A DNA stretch of 29,068 nt from a virus: IMG/VR virus record IMGVR_UViG_3300030390_000234. One strand, given 5' to 3'. Under the pieces are notes generated by a model, which worked only from the letters and a program-made list of their open reading frames with translations, had not been told where the DNA came from and did no database searches. How positions within the stretch are numbered: the stretch's first letter is position 1; the number at the start of each line of letters is the position of its first letter. Below, piece by piece: positions 22,022 through 29,068 of the stretch. The position numbers and the translations under genes were made by a program.

Positions 22022-23199
22022 TAACATACAATACGATAATACAATACTTTGATGCTATAAGTAAAAGACATAGTCAAATAAACTCTTTCACTTATGGAGA
22101 GGTAAGCCTATTAGATGATAATAAGTTTACTAAATATCCAGCTTTACATTTAACTCCAACTACTACAAGCATTGCAGACCAGACTATTGAGTATGGATTT
22201 GAGGTAATTGTATTTGATAGGTACGAGAATGAAAACAACAAAATGGTAAATGAAGCAATATGCCTATCAGATTCTTTGCTTATACTTCAAGACTTGTGTA
22301 AGGAATTAACTGATGGTAGATACTTTATAAATGAAGATACACTAATCAATTTAGGTTTACCGATACAAGCATCACCATTTGTAGATACTAAACCAGATAT
22401 ATGTTCTGGGTGGAGTACATCTTTTAGCATATCAACACCAAATGAAGCATCAGCTTGTTTGATACCTTATTATAATTCAGAGAAGCAATATGCATTAGAT
22501 GTAGTTTTGCCAAGCTATGTACCGACAAATATAGTATGGTATTCCAGACAACAAGCACATACTTTTATGGATATAAACTCTGGTGGTGTTTTAACAACAT
22601 TAAGACCATTTAGAAATATACTACAAGGAACAAATGATTTATCTATAAATAAAGAAGTAAACTGGAACTGGGAAAGTAATGGTTTTGTATTTAATGGTTT
22701 AGAATCTAACTTAGAACACCCAAGAACTACAAGCACTAATTGTACTTTTTTTGTTAGGTTAAAAGACTTTGGTAGATATACAGATGAAGCTGGTAATAAT
22801 AATTATTTGTTACAATTAGGAAGTGAAGAGGTTATTGTAAAAATTACATCACAAGGGCAAATATCAATAGTAAGCAATAATAATACTGAAAGTAGTCCAT
22901 ATCCAGTTGTTCCTAATAACTTAGCAAATAACGATAATGCTGAGCAATTAATAAGAAAAGACTCTTATACATTCTGTGTGAAACAACAAGCAGATAGCCT
23001 TAGATTGTATTATGGTATGTTAGAGAATGAATATGTAGAAATGCAAACTTCATTTAGATTAACAGATAAACAATTTTTTGTAGGTAGTACAAATGCTATA
23101 TTAAATTCAGTATTTACTTTACAAGAGTTTATTTTTTATGCTGGGTTTATGAGTGATACAGATATAGCACAAACTATGCAATGGTTAAATTATAGATAA
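22018..23199 (+). CDS. Virion structural protein (393 aa) with a C-terminal LamG/ConA-like domain
   Basis: The N-terminal ~150 aa look like neck/tail-completion-type proteins. The C-terminal ~170 aa (FFVRLKDFG...YLLQLGSEEVIVKITSQGQISIV...FCVKQQADSLRLYYG...FFVGST...LQEFIFYAGFMSDTDIAQTMQWLNYR) have the beta-sandwich lectin pattern and the same terminal motif as the fibre. Confidence 0.45.
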   Translation: MITYNTIIQYFDAISKRHSQINSFTYGEVSLLDDNKFTKYPALHLTPTTTSIADQTIEYGFEVIVFDRYENENNKMVNEAICLSDSLLILQDLCKELTDGRYFINEDTLINLGLPIQASPFVDTKPDICSGWSTSFSISTPNEASACLIPYYNSEKQYALDVVLPSYVPTNIVWYSRQQAHTFMDINSGGVLTTLRPFRNILQGTNDLSINKEVNWNWESNGFVFNGLESNLEHPRTTSTNCTFFVRLKDFGRYTDEAGNNNYLLQLGSEEVIVKITSQGQISIVSNNNTESSPYPVVPNNLANNDNAEQLIRKDSYTFCVKQQADSLRLYYGMLENEYVEMQTSFRLTDKQFFVGSTNAILNSVFTLQEFIFYAGFMSDTDIAQTMQWLNYR

Positions 23200-23762
23200 T
23201 GAGTGTAAAATCTTCCATAGATAAATTAGGTGCTAACATAGTTAGATTAGCCAGAATTAATTTAGGTGCTTCTAAAACGGTAGATGGTAAAAAAAGAGTA
23301 ACTAATTCTACTGGAGAATTGTCTGCATCACTTAATTACGAAGTACGACAGAAACGAAATGACAAAGGACACTATATGAGTGGCTTTGATTTATTAGTTA
23401 CAAGCACAGAAGATTACGCACAATTTATAGAGCAAGGAGTAAAGGGTTCTGAAAGCACCAAACCATCAGCACAAAACTCTCCTTTTAAATTTAAGTCTAA
23501 GAATTTACCAAGGGGTGTAATGGCAAAATGGATAAAAGACAAACCAATTAAACCACAAAAAAAAGGTGGTGGCTTTGCTAAGAAAACAAAATCCACAATG
23601 AATAGTCTAGCTTTTCTATTAGGTAGAGCAGTCGCAACAAAAGGTATTGGTGCAAGAAATTATGTAAAAGATGCAACAGAGATGGCATTAAAAAAGACTG
23701 CACCAGAAATAGCAAAGGAAATTTATATAGATTACATTAAGAAAACACTAAACACAAAGTAA
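23199..23762 (+). CDS. HK97 gp10-like neck/tail-completion protein candidate, 187 aa
   Basis: LGANIVRLARINLGA...NSTGELSASLNYEV...LLVTSTEDYAQFIEQGVKG matches the gp10-family pattern (TG-L-S...YA-x-x-E-x-G), from memory. Confidence 0.45.
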   Translation: MSVKSSIDKLGANIVRLARINLGASKTVDGKKRVTNSTGELSASLNYEVRQKRNDKGHYMSGFDLLVTSTEDYAQFIEQGVKGSESTKPSAQNSPFKFKSKNLPRGVMAKWIKDKPIKPQKKGGGFAKKTKSTMNSLAFLLGRAVATKGIGARNYVKDATEMALKKTAPEIAKEIYIDYIKKTLNTK

Positions 23763-25210
23763 TGGCTTTAACAATAGAATGTAACGATAGTAAATTTAAT
23801 CTATCTACTGGAGTAAATTTAGCTTATGCGTCAAGTACAAATTCTACACAACCTAACTTTAGGGTTAAATTAGAGGTTGTATATACTACAATGGATTCTG
23901 ATGCAACTACAAGAACAACTAATACTGTTTCATTCACTCAGCAACTAAATCAAAGGTCAACTGCAATATTTAATTTATCCGAAATATATAAATCAATTTT
24001 AACTCCACAGATTACAAGTGCAAATGATGGAGAAGATAAAATAAAGCAAAGTATACATAATTTGCCAACTGATGATGGTACAAATAATTATATGTATAGC
24101 TGGGGTATTTTAAAAGATAGTATTGGTAGCGAAGCATTTCAAGGTGTAGCTAATAGAATGCAATTAAAGTTTTATGAAATGTACTCTGCAACTGCAACTG
24201 GTATTCCAATAGTACAAAATGCCTCATTAGTAACAAAGGATATGAATGTTATGTGGGGAAGAGGAGAAGAGCAAGAGGGTGTAATAGTAGATTTTGAGGG
24301 TTACAAACTTACTGGTGCTGGTAAACAATTACTAACATCTAATTATAAAACACCTAACAACAAAATTGATATTGGAATTAAGGAATATCACACAATGGCA
24401 ATGCTAAATAGATGTGATATAAATGCTAGTGCATTTCCATATAAAATTTTAGTGTTCTTTTATGATTTAAACAACAACTTATTAAATAGTTTAAGTATAA
24501 GAAATCAAGCATCTTCTGGTGGTGCTTACTATGGTACTGCATCACAAGGAATAGATGAAAGTTTCTTTTTATTTTTTGGTTCTGGAATACCAAACTTTGA
24601 AGCATTAGATATGAGTAATACTAATTATACTGGAACTAAACCAGTAAATGGACAAATAAGTGGGATAGATATTGCAAGGTACGATATAGTTGTAACAAGT
24701 GTTTCTAACACTTTTGTAAGCAGAATTTATAGTTTTAATATTGTTACTTATTGTCCAAAGTATGACCAAACTAGATTAGCTTATATGAATAGATTTGGTG
24801 GTTGGGAATACATTACACTAAACAAAGAACGAAACGATGAGTTAACTGTTAAGAAACAATACTTAACAAAATCAACAATATCACAAGTTGGTGCTACTAC
24901 AAATTTTACAACTGGTGGCAATGTTGCTTATCCTCTTTCGGTAGCAAAGCAAGGGCAAATGGCTTTAAGTGTGGAAGCTGATACATCTTTTGTGGTTTTT
25001 ACAGATGAACTTCAAGAGGACTATCAAGTTAAGCAAATAGAAGATATGATGCTTTCCCCTCAAATACACCTTATAGATGATTTTGGCAATGCTAAAGCAC
25101 TTATATTACAAACCAGTAATATGAAATTAAAAAGACTAAAAAATAGAGGTTTATATCAATACGAATTAAAGTTTAGCTTTGCAATACCTAAATACTCTAA
25201 AACATTCTAA
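23762..25210 (+). CDS. Tail/baseplate structural protein candidate (482 aa)
   Basis: TAATG-coupled between the neck-like gene and the giant fibre gene. Thr/Asn/Ser-rich, with the motif RLAYMNRFGGWEYITLNKE. No enzymatic motif seen. Confidence 0.4.
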   Translation: MALTIECNDSKFNLSTGVNLAYASSTNSTQPNFRVKLEVVYTTMDSDATTRTTNTVSFTQQLNQRSTAIFNLSEIYKSILTPQITSANDGEDKIKQSIHNLPTDDGTNNYMYSWGILKDSIGSEAFQGVANRMQLKFYEMYSATATGIPIVQNASLVTKDMNVMWGRGEEQEGVIVDFEGYKLTGAGKQLLTSNYKTPNNKIDIGIKEYHTMAMLNRCDINASAFPYKILVFFYDLNNNLLNSLSIRNQASSGGAYYGTASQGIDESFFLFFGSGIPNFEALDMSNTNYTGTKPVNGQISGIDIARYDIVVTSVSNTFVSRIYSFNIVTYCPKYDQTRLAYMNRFGGWEYITLNKERNDELTVKKQYLTKSTISQVGATTNFTTGGNVAYPLSVAKQGQMALSVEADTSFVVFTDELQEDYQVKQIEDMMLSPQIHLIDDFGNAKALILQTSNMKLKRLKNRGLYQYELKFSFAIPKYSKTF

Positions 25211-28200
25211 ATGGCTACACAGTTAAGATTAATTGGACAAACGGCTAAGAACCAAGCACCAAAGATTTTGTATATAGATTTGTCAGATGACCAACCTATA
25301 ACTGCTAATTTCCAATTTAAAGATGTACAAGACTTTTCGACTAACAAAGGTAATTTCACTTATTCTTTTAGAATACCAAGCACACCAAATAACAATCAAG
25401 TATTTAATCAATACTATTCAGTTACACAAATAGGTAATTTTAATGTTACTGCAAAGCTCGAAGCTACGATACTAAAAAACAATATAGATGTGTTTAGTGG
25501 TTTTTTGCAATTAACTAATGTAATATGTTCGCAAGGAGAGATATATAGCTATGAATGTGTAGTGTTCTCATCTGTATCTAATATAGGGCAAGTGTTAGAA
25601 TCTAAACTAATGTCAGATTTAGATTGGAGTGCATATAACCACGAGCAAAGTGCTACTATTATCTATGAATCAATGAATAGAGATGTTACACCATTACTCA
25701 ATGGGGATATAGTATATTCATTGTGGGATTATGGACTAAATTGGACTGGCTCTAATAATGGTGCATCTGTACAAAACCCAGCTAACCCAATAGATTTAAG
25801 AACTTGCCGACCACAAATAAGAGCAAAAGCCGTACTTAATACTATATTTGAACAATCTGGTTTTAATCTTATATCTACTATTTTTGATACTGGTGGAAGA
25901 TTGGCTGATTTATATGTAGAATTAAATTGTGGTGGTGTAAATGTAAAAACTACATTAGATGAACAATTTTATAACACAAATGTATCTTTACTTAATTCAA
26001 CTGTTTTATTATTCTCTGATACTAATGAGTATAAAACTATTGTATTTGATAGTGATTCTAATGACTTATTAAATTCAAATGCAAGTGGAAATTACAATAC
26101 ATCAACTGGTGTTTATGATGCTTCTAGTAATCAACTTTGGAGTCAACAATTTATAAGATTACATACTGGAATTACAACTGCGAATATGGTTGGTGCTACA
26201 ATACAATTAGTATTCTTTGATGTTACTGATAACATTGCAGTAATGGAAGATGAGCCAATAACAATTACCACAGATGGTAGTTTTAATTTAGTCGTAGAAG
26301 CAATTACAATTACATTAAATTTATCACATACTTTTGAAGCAAGATTTTTAGTAACAAATATATCCAATCCATCAAATGCTTTTCTAAATGTAATTAATCA
26401 ATCGGTTGGTACTGCCTTACCATCTTTCTTATCAATAGAGCCAAATAATGGTATAAACTTTGACACTCCAAGTCAACCTACAATAACACCATTTACTCCT
26501 ACAAATCCAATAGTAAATGTAGGGAAAAACTGGACAAAGATTAAAGCAATAGACTTTTTAACTTCATTAGCTAAAAAGTTTAATTTAGTAATTATACCAG
26601 ATAAAAATGTTGCTTCTACTATTTATATATACACATACGATGAATGGATTGATGCTGGAATTTCTAAAGATTGGACAGAGAAAGTAGATAGGAGTAAAGA
26701 CATTCAATACAAACCTACTGCCGAATTACAAGCTAAAGTAGTTACATTTTCAGACAAGAAAAGTGATGATGCTTATAACTCACTATTTTTTAATAGTCAA
26801 GACAGAGTATATGGAACACAATTAGTAGATAACACAAGTAATGATTTTGGTAAAGAGAAGTTAGAAGTAAAGACAGAATTTACTCCTACAATAACTACAA
26901 ATCCAGATGGAATACCAAACGCATATGTTAGGTGTTATAAAGATGACTTTACCAATCCAGCTTCTTTAAGATTAGCTTTTTATAATGGTGTAACCTCTGC
27001 CGTAAACTTTAGTATTTATGGTACAGACAATCCATTAAATCCATCAGCTACAATAGCTATGACGGCTACATCAAGACTGACTAATTACTCTGGGAGTTTA
27101 ACTAATTCACAAGCAGTTTCAACTTACTCTTTAAGTTTTATGCCAGAAGTTAATATCTGGGCAACACAACCAACTCCTTTAAATGGTGTTTATAGAGAAT
27201 ACTATTATAGATTTTTCAGAGAAACATACTCGCAAGATTCAAGATTAGTTACGGCTACATTGTTCTTAACAACATCTGATATACAGAATTTAGAACTTAA
27301 TAATATAATATTTTTAGATAATACATACTACCGAATAAACAACATTAAAAATTATTCTTTAGTAGGAGATGCTTCTTGTCAAGTAGAATTAATTAAAATA
27401 GAACAGACTTTTTTACAAGAGTCTACATCTGGTTTAGAATGTAATTTAGATGTAGGAACTATATCATTAAGTGGACAAGTAAATTTCTTTGTAAATGGTA
27501 CAACAACCCCAGCTACGGCAACAGAAACTTGTTGTAATGTAAATAATTATACTTGGAATCCAACAACAAATACTTGTAGAATGATTGTTTCTACTGGATT
27601 TGAGCCATACGAAATACCAGAAACGGAAACCATAAAAATACCCTCATTAGTATATGGTGGTAATAATGTAAATGATGATGGTAATGTTGTAGTAGGTACT
27701 GGCAATGTAACTACTGGTGGAACAATTATAATAGGAGACCATAACAACATTGCAATAGGTAGTTTAGATGCAACTATAAAAGGAGATTTAAATACAATAG
27801 ATAGTGGAGTAGAGCAAGTAGGTATATCTGGTAGTAATAACGAAGTAATACCTTATAAATTTGATGCACTATTTAGAAGTAATTTATTTCCAATAAGGCA
27901 AAAGATAATTAACACAAATTTAGAGGGAGATTATGGTAGACCACTTTGTACTGGCGACAATTTTATATCTACTGGTGCTGACAAATTGTATAATGCAATA
28001 GGTAGAGGTGGTGCTGGGCATTTCGTTAAGCAATTCACTTCTAATGGCAAACAAGAATTTGTAGTAGGAATTAATGGAAGATATGAATTAGGAAGTGGTG
28101 TAAATGAAATAACTAATAGAGGAAATAATGCCTTTAGAATGGACTATCCATCTTCTATTTATGTAGAAATTAAAGTATTTGGACAAGAAAGAGGTACAAT

Positions 28201-29068
28201 ACAAAACAGAAGTCAAGAATTTTCTTATCGTAGATATACTGGAATTATACAACACACAAGTAATTCGCCATCACCTCTTGTAAATGTTAAACAAGAAAGT
28301 GGAGATACAAACGAATCTACTATTTTTGCACCTTATAATTTTAATGTTGTTCCACAATATTCTATTAGAGTTGATAATGGAACTGCAAACGATGGTATGT
28401 TTAATTTTCAAGTAGACACAAATGCAACAAACTTAGGAATAGTAGATTTTACTATTGAATTTAATTACACATTAGTAGGTTTGCAAAATATGTCCAGAAC
28501 TTCTGGTGTTCCTATATTTAGCCCAACATCAATTAATGGTTGTCTATTGTGGTGTGATGCATCAAACTATTCTTCTATTACATTTGCTGGTTCAAGCACA
28601 ACTGATGTACAAGTATGGAATGATTTGTCTGGTAATAACCATCATATGGTAAATATGGTTTCAAATAATTATCCTTTATACCAAGAAGATAGTTCTACTC
28701 TTATGCCTTATATGTCCTTTAATGGAAGCAATAAAGCATTTACAAATAATGACTCTTCACTATATAATTGTAATCAATCTGACAACACTATTTTTGTGGT
28801 GTTTGAAGCAGACGATACTGCAACTACACTTGAGGGTAAATTTATAGCTGGTTCTTGTAGATTTGATAGACAGAAACAAGGTATTAATATTAGTGCAACT
28901 GGCACATCTGGTGGTGGTACAAATGCAACTGCTTATACAAACGATAATGCTAACCTATCAGCTTTTCTAAACACTATCCCAGTAACACAAAGACAAGTTG
29001 TTCACGGAACAAGAAAGGTTACTATACAACAAGTAACAGACCAAAACGGAAATACTAATAGTAATACA
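25211..29068 (+). CDS. Large tail fibre/host-specificity protein, first 1286 codons (continues at nt 100-273; about 1343 aa in total)
   Basis: ATG at 25211 lies directly after the TAA of the previous gene. I translated it by eye to the window edge and saw no stop, and the track lists no terminated + ORF here. The N-terminus (ANFQFKDVQDFSTNKGNFTYSFRIPSTPNN) is of the tail-tip/minor-structural-protein type. There is a Gly/Asn repeat region (GGNNVNDDGNVVVGTGNVTTGGTIIIGDHNNIAIG). The C-terminal LamG-like domain begins near LLWCDASNYSS...VWNDLSGNNHH. Confidence 0.8.
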   Translation, partial: MATQLRLIGQTAKNQAPKILYIDLSDDQPITANFQFKDVQDFSTNKGNFTYSFRIPSTPNNNQVFNQYYSVTQIGNFNVTAKLEATILKNNIDVFSGFLQLTNVICSQGEIYSYECVVFSSVSNIGQVLESKLMSDLDWSAYNHEQSATIIYESMNRDVTPLLNGDIVYSLWDYGLNWTGSNNGASVQNPANPIDLRTCRPQIRAKAVLNTIFEQSGFNLISTIFDTGGRLADLYVELNCGGVNVKTTLDEQFYNTNVSLLNSTVLLFSDTNEYKTIVFDSDSNDLLNSNASGNYNTSTGVYDASSNQLWSQQFIRLHTGITTANMVGATIQLVFFDVTDNIAVMEDEPITITTDGSFNLVVEAITITLNLSHTFEARFLVTNISNPSNAFLNVINQSVGTALPSFLSIEPNNGINFDTPSQPTITPFTPTNPIVNVGKNWTKIKAIDFLTSLAKKFNLVIIPDKNVASTIYIYTYDEWIDAGISKDWTEKVDRSKDIQYKPTAELQAKVVTFSDKKSDDAYNSLFFNSQDRVYGTQLVDNTSNDFGKEKLEVKTEFTPTITTNPDGIPNAYVRCYKDDFTNPASLRLAFYNGVTSAVNFSIYGTDNPLNPSATIAMTATSRLTNYSGSLTNSQAVSTYSLSFMPEVNIWATQPTPLNGVYREYYYRFFRETYSQDSRLVTATLFLTTSDIQNLELNNIIFLDNTYYRINNIKNYSLVGDASCQVELIKIEQTFLQESTSGLECNLDVGTISLSGQVNFFVNGTTTPATATETCCNVNNYTWNPTTNTCRMIVSTGFEPYEIPETETIKIPSLVYGGNNVNDDGNVVVGTGNVTTGGTIIIGDHNNIAIGSLDATIKGDLNTIDSGVEQVGISGSNNEVIPYKFDALFRSNLFPIRQKIINTNLEGDYGRPLCTGDNFISTGADKLYNAIGRGGAGHFVKQFTSNGKQEFVVGINGRYELGSGVNEITNRGNNAFRMDYPSSIYVEIKVFGQERGTIQNRSQEFSYRRYTGIIQHTSNSPSPLVNVKQESGDTNESTIFAPYNFNVVPQYSIRVDNGTANDGMFNFQVDTNATNLGIVDFTIEFNYTLVGLQNMSRTSGVPIFSPTSINGCLLWCDASNYSSITFAGSSTTDVQVWNDLSGNNHHMVNMVSNNYPLYQEDSSTLMPYMSFNGSNKAFTNNDSSLYNCNQSDNTIFVVFEADDTATTLEGKFIAGSCRFDRQKQGINISATGTSGGGTNATAYTNDNANLSAFLNTIPVTQRQVVHGTRKVTIQQVTDQNGNTNSNT
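28970..29068. repeat. Terminal duplication, right copy of nt 1-99
   Basis: Exact match to nt 1-99. Confidence 0.95.

Noticed and set aside
1018-27750. All the other minus-strand ORFs in the track (60-118 aa, for example 6900-7256, 14799-15116, 10593-10880, 26143-26367).
   Set aside because: Each lies entirely inside a longer, motif-supported + strand gene. Each has a hydrophobic or Ser-rich antisense-type composition, and none has any promoter or spacing signal.
1-29068. Search for tRNA genes, CRISPR arrays, integrase/recombinase, a CI-type repressor, DNA polymerase, helicase/primase and methyltransferase.
   Set aside because: I found no GC-rich cloverleaf-like segments and no regularly spaced repeats. 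None of the translated ORFs shows the corresponding catalytic motifs. Absence is judged by eye only.

Overview
The window is a complete, circularly closed genome of a small tailed dsDNA phage, about 28,969 bp unique. The first 99 nt are repeated exactly at the 3' end, and a roughly 1343-codon tail-fibre gene reads through that junction. The sequence is AT-rich. Every credible gene (about 50) is on the + strand, and the genes are tightly packed with many ATGA/TAATG/TTGA/GTGA stop-start overlaps. Leaders are A-rich with no Shine-Dalgarno sequence, and the promoter boxes are of the TAnnTTTG type, so a Bacteroidota (Flavobacteriia-like) host is a reasonable inference. Layout: (1) 9.4-14.1 kb holds an early region of small unknown ORFs, driven by four copies of one conserved promoter/operator element, plus an SSB-like protein, an HTH protein and a winged-helix replication initiator that carries iteron-like repeats inside its own gene. 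(2) 14.1-18.7 kb holds a translationally coupled block: HNH, VRR-NUC, ParB-N, GT-A glycosyltransferase-like, AdoMetDC-fold pyruvoyl decarboxylase, and an IbrA-like PAPS-reductase/PP-loop ATPase with an IbrB-like ParB partner. This is the best candidate for an undescribed DNA or nucleotide modification system. (3) terS and terL follow, then an ECF-like sigma factor and an overlapping Cys-rich protein. (4) The tail and virion genes include a G/GT-like chaperone with a -1 recoding site on a T9 run, two proteins with LamG-like C-termini, and the giant fibre. (5) Across the junction come a tape-measure-like protein, XkdF-type protease, scaffold, major capsid protein, a possible tail tube protein and a strong terminator. 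(6) Last are a portal fused to a MuF-like domain, a connector candidate, and a lysis cassette (M15 peptidase flanked by two small membrane proteins). I saw no tRNA, CRISPR array, integrase, DNA polymerase or methyltransferase. All functional calls come from reading motifs by eye; no database search was run.
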